Shown piece after piece: positions 43,921 through 53,035 of a DNA stretch of 64,000 nt. The notes under the pieces were generated by a model. The model searched no databases and was not told the origin of the DNA. It saw only the letters and a program-made list of their open reading frames with translations. How positions within the stretch are numbered: the first letter of the stretch is position 1; every line of letters begins with the position of its first letter. The stretch is from NCBI RefSeq assembly GCF_039541115.1, contig NZ_BAABFP010000004.1:248001-312000 (forward strand). Direction: 5' to 3'. The stretch comes from Angustibacter luteus. GTDB taxonomy: Bacteria; Actinomycetota; Actinomycetes; Actinomycetales; Angustibacteraceae. A program made the position numbers and the translations under genes.

Positions 43921-45036
43921 TCAACCTCGTCGTGCGAGGTCGAGGACCTGTCCCACGCGCGCGGCGGCCTGCTCGGCCGACCAGTCGAGGTGGTCCACGT
44001 CGACGACGAACTCGACCTTGCTCCAGCCCGGCACCGCCGCGCTCGTGGCCCAGTCCAGCACCCAGACCTGCTCGGCCTCGGCGAACGCGATGCAGGCCTC
44101 GCGCAGGGCCTGCGGCTCGACGTCGGCGTAGATGACGAAGGCGTTGGTGTGCGGGGGATCCGGCGTCACGCGCACTCCCTCGAGGGCGCCGATCGCGGCC
44201 GCCCGCTCCCCGGCCAACCGGTGCAGCTCGGCGAACTGCCCGAGCCGGTCGCGCAGCCCCGCGCGGGCGGCGACCGCGTACGGCATGGACGAGAACAGCG
44301 TGCCGCCGTGCCGGTGCCGCCACTGGCGCACCTCGTCGACGACGTCGGACGGACCGGCGAGCGCGGCACCAGCCGGCGCCCCGAGTCCCTTGTAGAAGGA
44401 CACGTAGACGGTGTCGGCCAGGGCGGCGATCTCGGCGAGGTCGCGGCCGTAGAACGGCTGGCTCTCCCACAGCCGCGCGCCGTCGAGGTGCACGGCGATG
44501 CCGCGCTCGCGGGCCGCCCCGGTCAGCGCGACGAGCTCGTCCCAGCTGGGCAGCAGGTAGCCGGCGTCGCGCAACGGAAGCTCGACCACCAGGGCGCCGA
44601 GCGGGCCGGGGTGCCCGGCCAGGTCGTCGGCCACGAGCGGGCTGGGGCCGTCCGCGAGCTCGCGCATCCGGATGCCGTGCAGCTCCTCGAGCGCGGCTTC
44701 CTCGTGCACGACCAGGTGGGACAGGGCGTGCACCCCGACGGCCCGGTGGCCCGTGCGATCCGACCAGACGCGCAGCGCGCACTGCTGCGCCATCGTGCCG
44801 CTGGGGACGAACGCCGCGGCCGGCTTGCCGAGCAGCCCGGCCACCTCGACCTCCAGGGCCGTGACGTCGCCGCCGGCGGCGTAGAAGTCACTGCTCGGCT
44901 CCTCCGCCGAAGCGGCCAGCGCCTCGAGCTGCTCGCGCGGGGTCCGGTGCGGGCGGCCCTGCAGGAAGCGGGTGCACTGCGCGCGGGCGGCGAGGCGACG
45001 CTCGTTCACGGCCTTGAGGTCGTCGGGTCCAGGCAT
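43921..45036 (-). CDS. Threonine aldolase family PLP-dependent enzyme
   Basis: PSGTMAQ, HLDGARLW, YVSFYKGLGAPAGA. Confidence 0.9.
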   Translation of the reverse strand: MPGPDDLKAVNERRLAARAQCTRFLQGRPHRTPREQLEALAASAEEPSSDFYAAGGDVTALEVEVAGLLGKPAAAFVPSGTMAQQCALRVWSDRTGHRAVGVHALSHLVVHEEAALEELHGIRMRELADGPSPLVADDLAGHPGPLGALVVELPLRDAGYLLPSWDELVALTGAARERGIAVHLDGARLWESQPFYGRDLAEIAALADTVYVSFYKGLGAPAGAALAGPSDVVDEVRQWRHRHGGTLFSSMPYAVAARAGLRDRLGQFAELHRLAGERAAAIGALEGVRVTPDPPHTNAFVIYADVEPQALREACIAFAEAEQVWVLDWATSAAVPGWSKVEFVVDVDHLDWSAEQAAARVGQVLDLARRG

Positions 45037-45126
45037 CCCGACACCCTAGGGCCGCCGCCGAGACGAGGACGGCTCGCACCACGAGCCTCTGCCCGGATCG
45101 GCCCGAGCCGTGCCAAGATCGTGCGC

Positions 45127-45939
45127 GTGAACGGCGGCCCCGAGGTGGTGGCGCACCGTGGCTCGAGTGCCGAGAAGCCCGAGCACACCCTCTCCGCGTA
45201 CCTGCGTGCCATCGAGCAGGGCGCCGACGCCCTCGAGTGCGACGTCCGGCTCACCGCCGACGGGCACCTGGTGTGCGTGCACGACCGCAAGGTCAACCGG
45301 ACGTCCAACGGTCGCGGCGTCGTCTCGACCCTCGAGCTCGCGCACCTGGAGCAGCTCGACTGGGGATCCTGGATGCAGGACTGGGACGACGCGGACTCCG
45401 TCGAGACCCCCGACCGCGACCACGGCCGGCTCCTGACCCTGCGTCGCCTGCTGGACGCCGTCCGGGACTGCGGTCGCCCCGTCCAGGTGGCCATCGAGAC
45501 CAAGCACCCGACCCGGTACGCCGGGCTGGTCGAGCGCACGCTGGCCCGGGTGCTGGCCGAGTACGGCTGGGACGGCGCGCACCCGCAGTTCCCGTCGCCC
45601 GTGCGCGTCATGTCCTTCTCGTCCCTGGCGTTGCAGCGGATGCGTCAACGCTCGCCGGACGTCCCGCGGGTGCTGCTGGTCGAGGACCGGATCCCCGTCC
45701 GGATGCGGGACGGAACCCTGCCCAAGGGCGTGGGGACGGTCGGGATCGACGTCCGGCTGCTGCGCCGTCACCAGGGCTTCGTGCGCTCGGTGCAGGGCCT
45801 CGGCGGCAAGGTGCACGTGTGGACCGTGGACCGGGACGAGGACGTCGAGCTCTGCCTCGCCCTCGGGGTCGATGCGATCATCACCAACCGCCCCCGGCAC
45901 GTCCTGGAGCTGCTCGGACGCGGCGTGCACCCGGCCTGA
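45127..45939 (+). CDS. Glycerophosphodiester phosphodiesterase
   Basis: VAHRGSS..PEHT, ECDVRLTADG.LVCVHD, IETK, VWTVD, GVDAIITN.P. Confidence 0.92.
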   Translation: MNGGPEVVAHRGSSAEKPEHTLSAYLRAIEQGADALECDVRLTADGHLVCVHDRKVNRTSNGRGVVSTLELAHLEQLDWGSWMQDWDDADSVETPDRDHGRLLTLRRLLDAVRDCGRPVQVAIETKHPTRYAGLVERTLARVLAEYGWDGAHPQFPSPVRVMSFSSLALQRMRQRSPDVPRVLLVEDRIPVRMRDGTLPKGVGTVGIDVRLLRRHQGFVRSVQGLGGKVHVWTVDRDEDVELCLALGVDAIITNRPRHVLELLGRGVHPA

Positions 45940-46084
45940 CGGGCATTCTGCCCAGAAGGGGTGCACCTTGGCCGTCCTCGGGTTAGTGTGAGCCGGTAGC
46001 AACGGGTGACGCGCCGTGACTCACGGCAATCCAGCACAGTATTTGTCCGTTTTGACGGCGACCGGGGCGAGCAAGGGAGGTTCC

Positions 46085-46519
46085 GTGACACAGGTGGCCA
46101 CGCGCATTCCGACCCGCACGCGCACCTTGCGGGTGCCGCACGCCTTCGCCTCGGTGCCCCGCACCCGGCGAACGGTCGTCGAGGACCTGCGCGGCCGCGA
46201 CGTCCCCTCGGCCGTGGTCGACGAGGTCGAGATCGTGGTCACCGAGCTGCTCGGCAACGCCGTCCAGCACGCTGCCGCCCTACCCGACGGCACCGTGCGC
46301 GTGCACTGGCAGGTCAAGGGCGGGGTCGTCGAGCTCGACGTCACCGACGGCGGGGGCAGCACGACGCCTCGCGCCCAGCAGCCCACGGTGTACGCCACCC
46401 GCGGCCGTGGCCTGCGCATCGTCCGTTCGCTCGCCCACGAGTGGGGTGTGCTGGACGAGGACCGGGGCCGCACGGTCTGGGTCTGCCTCGGTGGACCGTC
46501 CCGCCGCCGCCGTCCCTGA
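46085..46519 (+). CDS. HATPase_c anti-sigma factor-like (RsbW-type) ATP-binding protein
   Basis: VVTELLGNAVQHA, VTDGG, GRGLRIV, TVW; AAGGGAGG RBS before GTG 46085. Confidence 0.88.
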   Translation: MTQVATRIPTRTRTLRVPHAFASVPRTRRTVVEDLRGRDVPSAVVDEVEIVVTELLGNAVQHAAALPDGTVRVHWQVKGGVVELDVTDGGGSTTPRAQQPTVYATRGRGLRIVRSLAHEWGVLDEDRGRTVWVCLGGPSRRRRP

Positions 46520-46558
46520 GCGCCGCCGTCCCTGAGCGAGCGCCTAGAGTCTTCGCCC

Positions 46559-47551
46559 ATGGGCAAGTCCTCGCGCCGTCCCTCGACCACCTCCACCGCC
46601 AGCGCGGTCGCTGACGCCGACGTCCCCGTCGTCGGTCAGCGTGAACCGTGCCCCTGTGGTTCCGGCAAGAAGTACAAGGCCTGCCACGGCCGGGCCCGCG
46701 CCGTCGCGGCGCCGACGCCCACCGGCCGGACGTTCGAGGGCCTGCCCGGCGAGCCCGACTGGGTGGCGCTGCGCGAGGTGGTGCCGGCCGCGACCGCGAC
46801 CCTGACCCTGGCTCCGGCCCTGCGCCGCAAGAAGTCCGGCGACCAACCGGCGTTGAACGAGATCACCGTCGCGACCGTGCTCCCGCTGGCCTGGCCGGCC
46901 ATGCGTCGCGCGGACGGTCGGGTGCTCGTCGGGCTGCAGACCGGTGGTGGCTCCGGCGACCCGAGCCGGGACGTCGGGTCCGCGGCCGCCGCGGCGGTGG
47001 CCGCCGAGCCCGGCACCCCGATCACGCTGACCGACCTGCCGTCCGACGGCCCGCGCCTGCAGGCCGTCGTCGCGCCCGACGCGACCATGACCGTCACCCT
47101 GCACGAGGGCTTCGACTTCTGGGTCGAGGGCGCGGACGACCTCGACGCCGAGGTCCGCGAGAGCCTGGAGCGGGCCAACTCCGCGGTGATCCCGACCGCC
47201 CGGCTGACCGGGGTCGAGGCGGCGTACTGGTGCCAGATCGGCGACCGGACGCACCTGCGCTGGGTGCTGCCGCAGGGCGAGGACGAGCTGCTGGACGGCC
47301 TGGCCCGCCTGCACGCGACCGGCGAGAGCAGCCTCGGCGACGGCACCCGGTACGTCGGGGCGTTCCGCGCGCACGGACTGCTCGTGCCGGTCTGGGACCT
47401 GCCGCAGGAGTGGACCGCCGACGACGTCGAGGGGCCCGCCGCGGCGTTCGCCGAGCGGCTGGCCGAAGCGCTCGCGAAGGACGAGCCGCTGACCTACGAC
47501 GAGCGTCGCGCCCGGGCCGGGGTCGTCAGCCGCCAGCTCACCCTGCGCTGA
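46559..47551 (+). CDS. SEC-C motif protein (DUF5926-like)
   Basis: EPCPCGSGKKYKACHG; FEGLPGEPDWVALRE; FRAHGLLVPVWDL; RQLTLR. Confidence 0.82.
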   Translation: MGKSSRRPSTTSTASAVADADVPVVGQREPCPCGSGKKYKACHGRARAVAAPTPTGRTFEGLPGEPDWVALREVVPAATATLTLAPALRRKKSGDQPALNEITVATVLPLAWPAMRRADGRVLVGLQTGGGSGDPSRDVGSAAAAAVAAEPGTPITLTDLPSDGPRLQAVVAPDATMTVTLHEGFDFWVEGADDLDAEVRESLERANSAVIPTARLTGVEAAYWCQIGDRTHLRWVLPQGEDELLDGLARLHATGESSLGDGTRYVGAFRAHGLLVPVWDLPQEWTADDVEGPAAAFAERLAEALAKDEPLTYDERRARAGVVSRQLTLR

Positions 47552-48494
47552 CCTGCACGGCGCGTTCGGCGGCCAGCCCGACCAGGCCGGACGGCGAGAG
47601 CAGGTCGCGCACGATCGCGAGGGCCTGCTCGCGGTCGCGCGCCGGCAGCCGGACGTCGAGGGCCTGGCGGGTCCAGTCCGTGATGTCCTCGAGCGCTCGG
47701 CGGCAGGCGTAGAAGGCGAGCAGCTCGGGATCGAGGGCCGCGTCGGTGATGCCGTAGCCGGCGTCGAACGCGGTCCGCTGCTCGGTGTCGGCGGGGCCGA
47801 AGAACGGCAGGCCAACCCGCCCGAACATCAGGTCGCACTCGCGTGGGGCCAGCACCGCGTCGTCCCAGTCGATGAGCCAGACCTGGTCACCGCGGACGAG
47901 GAGGTTGCCGCGGTGCGGGTCGGCGTGGCAGAGGACGAGCCGGAACGTCCGGCGGCTCAACCGGTCGGCCTGCTGGACGACGCCGTCGATCACAGTCGCG
48001 AGCGCCTGCGCGGCGGCCGGCCACTGCTCGGCGAGTGGTCGTGCGTCGTCCACCAGCTCGCCGTGCCAGAGGTCCTCCGACCGCAGCACCGCGGCCAGCT
48101 CGGCCGGCACCGGTGCCGCGTGCACAGCGGCCAGCACCCGGCCGAGGTCGGTCCACTGCGCCAGCGTGGGATCGACGTCCGCTGCCCGGTCGCCCGCGAT
48201 CCAGGTCATGACGGACAGGCGTCCACCCGGCCGCTCGCTCCACGGTCGGCCATCGGTGGCCGTCAGGGGTTCCGGGACGCCGGGGACCCCGGTGCCGGCG
48301 AGGTGCTGCGTCACGAGCAGCCCCGCGGCAGAGCCGCCGGTGCTGAGCTTGACCGCGAAGGAGGACCCGTCGTCGCAGGTGCCACGCCAGACCTGGGCCT
48401 GCCGGTCCGCGCCGTGCGGGACGGCGACCAGCGAGGACAGCCGCAAGCCAAAGTCGTGCGCGACCCAGCCCACGACCTCACCCTCGCTGCTCAC
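47538..48494 (-). CDS. Aminoglycoside phosphotransferase/kinase-like protein
   Basis: FAVK, VLCHADPHRGNLL, LIDWDDAVLAPRECDL. Confidence 0.83.
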   Translation of the reverse strand: MSSEGEVVGWVAHDFGLRLSSLVAVPHGADRQAQVWRGTCDDGSSFAVKLSTGGSAAGLLVTQHLAGTGVPGVPEPLTATDGRPWSERPGGRLSVMTWIAGDRAADVDPTLAQWTDLGRVLAAVHAAPVPAELAAVLRSEDLWHGELVDDARPLAEQWPAAAQALATVIDGVVQQADRLSRRTFRLVLCHADPHRGNLLVRGDQVWLIDWDDAVLAPRECDLMFGRVGLPFFGPADTEQRTAFDAGYGITDAALDPELLAFYACRRALEDITDWTRQALDVRLPARDREQALAIVRDLLSPSGLVGLAAERAVQVSAG

Positions 48495-48555
48495 CCGGCC
48501 ACCCTGACACCGCGGCCGCAGCGCGTCCTGTGAATTTCGGACGTAGCCTGGCGCG

Positions 48556-49440
48556 ATGGAGTACCGACGGCTCGGCCGGCTCGGCCACGAGAGCTCAGTG
48601 ATCATCTACGGCGCGGCGGCGCTCGCCGACGTCGACCAGGACACCGCTGACCGCTCGATCCAGCAGGCCCTGGACGCGGGGGTGAACCACCTCGACGTCG
48701 CGGCCAGCTACGGGGACGCCGAGCTGCGGCTGGGGCCGTGGATCCCGCAGATCCGGGATCGGGTCTTCCTCGCGACGAAGACCGGCCTGCGCGAGCGCGA
48801 GGCGGCGTGGGCGCAGATCAACGACTCGCTGGAGCGGTTGCAGACCGACAGCGTCGACCTGCTGCAGCTGCACGCCGTCGGCGACCTGGACGAGCTCGAC
48901 CTGTGCACCCGGGACGGCGGCTCGCTGCAGGCGGCCCTGCGCGCGCGGGACGAAGGGATGGTGTCCGCGATCGGCATCACCGGGCACGGCTCGCAGGCAC
49001 CCGCCACGCACCTGGAGGCGTTGCGGCGCTTCGACTTCGCGACCGTGCTGAGCCCGCTGAACTACCGGCTGGCCAGCGACCCGGCGTACCGCGCGGACTA
49101 CGAGGCGCTCGGCGCCGAGGTGCAGCGTCAGGACGTCGGCCTGATGATCATCAAGTCCGTCGCCCGGCGGAACTGGCCCGGCGTCGGAGCGGGCGAGGAC
49201 CGGGGTCAGCAGGCCTACGACACCTGGTACGAGCCGTTCGACCAGGCCGAGCGGATCCGCGCCGCGGTGTCCTGGGTGCTGTCGCACCCCGAGATCACCG
49301 GACTGGCCAGCGCGGGCGACGTCCGGCTGCTGGCCGACACCCTCGCGGCCGAGGCCGACCGGCTGCCGGTCCCCGAGGCGGAGGCCCTGCTCGCCGGCGT
49401 CGACGACTACACGTCCCCGTTCCTGAACCAGCCCGCCTGA
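48556..49440 (+). CDS. Aldo/keto reductase
   Basis: [42 protein letters not shown]. Confidence 0.92.
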   Translation: MEYRRLGRLGHESSVIIYGAAALADVDQDTADRSIQQALDAGVNHLDVAASYGDAELRLGPWIPQIRDRVFLATKTGLREREAAWAQINDSLERLQTDSVDLLQLHAVGDLDELDLCTRDGGSLQAALRARDEGMVSAIGITGHGSQAPATHLEALRRFDFATVLSPLNYRLASDPAYRADYEALGAEVQRQDVGLMIIKSVARRNWPGVGAGEDRGQQAYDTWYEPFDQAERIRAAVSWVLSHPEITGLASAGDVRLLADTLAAEADRLPVPEAEALLAGVDDYTSPFLNQPA

Positions 49441-49458
49441 CCCCACCGCCCGCCACAC

Positions 49459-49521
49459 CGCAGATGTCCCGCTTTCCGGGCTCACAGCGCGCGGATGGCC
49501 CCGAATAGCGGAACATCTGCG
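49459..49521. repeat. Imperfect long inverted repeat between convergent genes (REP-like or terminator)
   Basis: CGCAGATGTCCCGCTTTCCGGGC ... GCCCCGAATAGCGGAACATCTGCG. Confidence 0.65.
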
Positions 49522-49549
49522 CGGGCCGGGCGAGAGTTTGGGGGCGGGG

Positions 49550-50758
49550 TTACGGGGTGAGGGAGTCGCGCTCGATGGGGCAGGACATGCACCGGGGGCC
49601 GCCGCGGCCGCTGCCGAGCTCGCTGCCCGCGATGGCCACGACCTCGATGCCGGCGGCCTCGAGGCGGGTGTTCGTCTCGCTGTTGCGCTCGTAGGCGACC
49701 GCGACCCGCGGCGCGAGCGCCAAGGTGTTGTTGCCGTCGTCCCACTGCTCGCGCTCGGCGGTGACCGGGTCGAGGCCGGTGTCCAGCACGTGCAGGCGCT
49801 CGATGCCCATGGCCCGCGCGGCGACGTCCAGGAACGGCCCGGCCGCGTCGACCCGCAGCACGTCCTCGCCGTTCAGCGTGATCGCCAGCGCCTGCAGCGA
49901 GTGCGCGACGTTGGGGTACATGACGATCGCGTCGACGTCGACCATCGTGCAGACGGTGTCCAGGTGCATGGTGGCCCGCTCCTGCGCGATCGGCACCGCC
50001 AGCACGGTGTGCGCGAGCCCGGCCCGCAGCAGCCGCCCGGCCAACCGCTCCACGCCGGCGGGCGTCGTCCGCTCCCCGGTGCCGACCGCGACCACGCCGG
50101 ACGCGAGCAGCAGGACGTCGCCGCCCTCGACGTGCTCGAGCTCCGGCTGGTACGCGAGCGGGGTGCCGGCGAACCGCGGGTGGTGCTGGTAGATCGCCTT
50201 GGTCAGCGACGTCTCGCGCCGACGCGCCGGCATGGCCAGGCTGGTGACGGCGACCTGCGGACCCACCCAGGCGCTGGAGTCGCGGGTGAACAGCAGGTTG
50301 GGCAGCGGGTCGATGACGAAGTCCTCGGGCGAGGCCAGTGACGACACCACTCCGGGGCGCAGCATCGGACGCCGGGCCGAGAGCTCGTCGTGCCGCAGCC
50401 CCGAGATGAGCACCTCGGCGAGCTCGGCCTCGTCCAGGTCGCCGAGCAGCGCACGGGCGCGGCTGGCCAGCCGGTCCCCGACGTGCGGCTCGCCCAGCGC
50501 GTACTCGACCGTGTCGTGCCGCGCCTGCGGCACCGTCAGCGCCTCGCGCAGCAGGTCCGCCAGGTAGAGCACCTCGACCCCGCGGTCGGTCAGCGCGGCG
50601 GCGAAGGCGTCGTGCTCGTCCTGGGCGCGGTCGACCCACGGGATGCCGTCGAAGAGCAGGCGGTCGTTGTTCCGCGGGGTGAGGCGGCGCAGCTCGTGAC
50701 CGGGACGGTGCAGCATCACGGTGCGCAGCCGTCCTACCTCGCTGTCTGCTCCTGCCAT
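49550..50758 (-). CDS. arcA: Arginine deiminase
   Basis: [58 protein letters not shown]. Confidence 0.95.
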   Translation of the reverse strand: MAGADSEVGRLRTVMLHRPGHELRRLTPRNNDRLLFDGIPWVDRAQDEHDAFAAALTDRGVEVLYLADLLREALTVPQARHDTVEYALGEPHVGDRLASRARALLGDLDEAELAEVLISGLRHDELSARRPMLRPGVVSSLASPEDFVIDPLPNLLFTRDSSAWVGPQVAVTSLAMPARRRETSLTKAIYQHHPRFAGTPLAYQPELEHVEGGDVLLLASGVVAVGTGERTTPAGVERLAGRLLRAGLAHTVLAVPIAQERATMHLDTVCTMVDVDAIVMYPNVAHSLQALAITLNGEDVLRVDAAGPFLDVAARAMGIERLHVLDTGLDPVTAEREQWDDGNNTLALAPRVAVAYERNSETNTRLEAAGIEVVAIAGSELGSGRGGPRCMSCPIERDSLTP

Positions 50759-50792
50759 GGCGCCGACCCTACCTGCGGCTAGGCTCCACCGG

Positions 50793-51509
50793 GTGAGCGA
50801 GCAGCCGACGTCCGTCGCCGTGGTGATCCCGGCCAAGGACGAGGCGCAGCGCATCGCGGCGACCATCGCCGCGGCCGCGACCATCGCCGGCGTCGACCTG
50901 GTGGTCGTGGTGGACGACGGGAGCAGCGACGAGACGTCGACGGTGGCCCGCGAGGCGGGGGCCGAGGTGGTCCGGCACGACCGCAACCAGGGCAAGGGCA
51001 AGGCGATGCAGACCGGCGCGGCCTACGTGGCCCGGCACGAGAGCACGCCGCACGCCTTGCTCTTCATCGACGCCGACCTGGAGGGCTCCGCGGTCGAGAC
51101 CGGTGCCCTGGTCGCTCCGGTGGTCAGCGGCGCCGCGGACATGACGATCGCGGTGCTGCCGAAGCAGAAGAGCGCCGGGGGTGGCCGCGGGTTCGTCGTC
51201 GGGCTGGCCAGCCGCGGGATCGAGCGGGCCACCGGCTGGACGCCGACCCAGCCGCTGTCCGGGATGCGCTGCCTGACCCGGCCGGCCTACGAGGCGGCCC
51301 AACCGCTCGCGGCCGGCTGGGGCGTGGAGGTCGGCCTGACCATCGACGTGCTGCGGCGCGGGATGACCATCGAGGAGGTGCCCTGCGAGCTGCACCACCG
51401 GGTCACCGGCACCGGCCTGAGCGACCAGCTGCACCGGCTGAGCCAGTACCGCGACGTCTGGCGCGCGCTCGCCGTCCGGCGCGTGCGCGCCGCCCTGCGA
51501 CGTCCATGA
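50793..51509 (+). CDS. GT2 family glycosyltransferase (polyprenol-phosphate sugar synthase-like)
   Basis: [34 protein letters not shown]. Confidence 0.87.
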   Translation: MSEQPTSVAVVIPAKDEAQRIAATIAAAATIAGVDLVVVVDDGSSDETSTVAREAGAEVVRHDRNQGKGKAMQTGAAYVARHESTPHALLFIDADLEGSAVETGALVAPVVSGAADMTIAVLPKQKSAGGGRGFVVGLASRGIERATGWTPTQPLSGMRCLTRPAYEAAQPLAAGWGVEVGLTIDVLRRGMTIEEVPCELHHRVTGTGLSDQLHRLSQYRDVWRALAVRRVRAALRRP

Positions 51510-53035
51510 CGGACGCGCCGTCCATGACGGACGCCGGGTCGCGGCGCCGGGTCTCCCCGTGGGCGCTGCTCGCGGTCGGCACGTCGTTCGTGCTGCTGAT
51601 CGGCACCGCGGCGTTCGGCCCGTCGGCGGCCTCACCGGACCTGGGCGCCGATACCGGTTGGCGCGCAGCACTTCCACCCTGGTCCATCGGCTTCCACGCC
51701 TCGTCCGCGCTGGTGACCGGCCTGGTCGACACGGGCTACCTGATCGGCGGTATCGGCGTCGCGCTCGGCCTGTGGGCGGCGTACCGGGGGGAGCGGGTGC
51801 CCCCGCAGGCCCTCGGGGTCGCCGGCGCCTTCGCGGTGCTGGCCGTCCTCGTCGCCCCGCTCGGCTCCGCCGACCACGTCAGCTACGCGGCCTACGGTCG
51901 GATCGCGGCGAACGGCGGTGACCCGTACGTCGTCCCGCCGCAGAGCTGGGCTGGCGGGCACGACCCGGTGGCCGGCGCGGTCGAACCACCGTGGACGACG
52001 ACCCCGACCATCTACGGGCCGGTGGCCACCGCCATCCAGGCCGTGTGCAGCCTGGTCGGCGGGGACAGCCTGCGACTGACCGTGTGGTGCTGGCAGCTCT
52101 GCTGCCTGGCCGCCTGGCTGACCGTCGGCTGGCTGGTGATCCGATTGTGCCGCAACGCCTTCGGCGCGACGTCGTGGCAGGTGGACCGCGCCGCCTGGGT
52201 GTGGCTGCTCAACCCGGTGCTGCTCGGCGTCCTGTTGGTCGGTGCGCACGTCGACCTGCTCGGCGCGGCGTTCGCGGTCGGTGCGCTGGCGCTCGCCGGG
52301 CGTCGTCCGTTGCTGGCCGGCCTGGCGCTGGGGGCCGCCGTCGGCGTGAAGGCAACGTTCGCGCTGGTGGGCCCTGCACTGCTGATCGCGTTGTGGCGCA
52401 GGGACCGTGGCAGGTCCTGGCGGCCCGCGCTGCTCGGCGTCCTCGGCTCGGCGATCGTGCTGCTGCCGGCGCAGCTGTGGGCGGGCTCGCACGTGTTCGA
52501 CCAGCTCAGCCGGGCCCGGCGCTTCGTCTCGCTCGCGACGCCGTGGCGCCCGTTCGTGGAGTGGGCGACCGGACCGTTCACGAACGACGCGGTGCGCGAC
52601 GCCGTGGTGCTGCTCACCCCCGTCGTGGTGATCGGCCTGGCGGTGCTGCTGTGGTTGGTGATCCGGCCCGGCGCCGGCGAGCCCGTGGCCGACGCGGCCG
52701 ACCAGGTCACCGTCGACGCGGCCGGCTGGGCCCTGGTGCTGGGCGCCGCCTACGTCCTCGGCGCGCCGTACTCGTTGCCCTGGTACGACGCCGTGGCCTG
52801 GGCGCCGCTGGCGCTGGTCGCGGTGCCGGGGGTGGACGCCCTGCTGCTGGTCCGGCTGGTCGCGTACTGCGTGGCCTACGTGCCGGGCCGGGTGATCGGG
52901 TCGAGCCGGCACGTGCAGGACGTCACGCTGGGCTATCGCCGGGGCTGGGCTCCGTGGATCGGGCTGGCGCTGCTGCTGGCGCTGGGCTGGCTCGCCGCTC
53001 GTCGTCCTCGAGGGCCTGCACGCTCGCCGCGATGA
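51506..53035 (+). CDS. GT-C membrane glycosyltransferase (MptA/MptB-like mannosyltransferase)
   Basis: PLGSADHVSYAAYGR...DPY, TIYGP, LNP......GAHVD, VK, PWY; many TM helices. Confidence 0.8.
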   Translation: MTDAPSMTDAGSRRRVSPWALLAVGTSFVLLIGTAAFGPSAASPDLGADTGWRAALPPWSIGFHASSALVTGLVDTGYLIGGIGVALGLWAAYRGERVPPQALGVAGAFAVLAVLVAPLGSADHVSYAAYGRIAANGGDPYVVPPQSWAGGHDPVAGAVEPPWTTTPTIYGPVATAIQAVCSLVGGDSLRLTVWCWQLCCLAAWLTVGWLVIRLCRNAFGATSWQVDRAAWVWLLNPVLLGVLLVGAHVDLLGAAFAVGALALAGRRPLLAGLALGAAVGVKATFALVGPALLIALWRRDRGRSWRPALLGVLGSAIVLLPAQLWAGSHVFDQLSRARRFVSLATPWRPFVEWATGPFTNDAVRDAVVLLTPVVVIGLAVLLWLVIRPGAGEPVADAADQVTVDAAGWALVLGAAYVLGAPYSLPWYDAVAWAPLALVAVPGVDALLLVRLVAYCVAYVPGRVIGSSRHVQDVTLGYRRGWAPWIGLALLLALGWLAARRPRGPARSPR

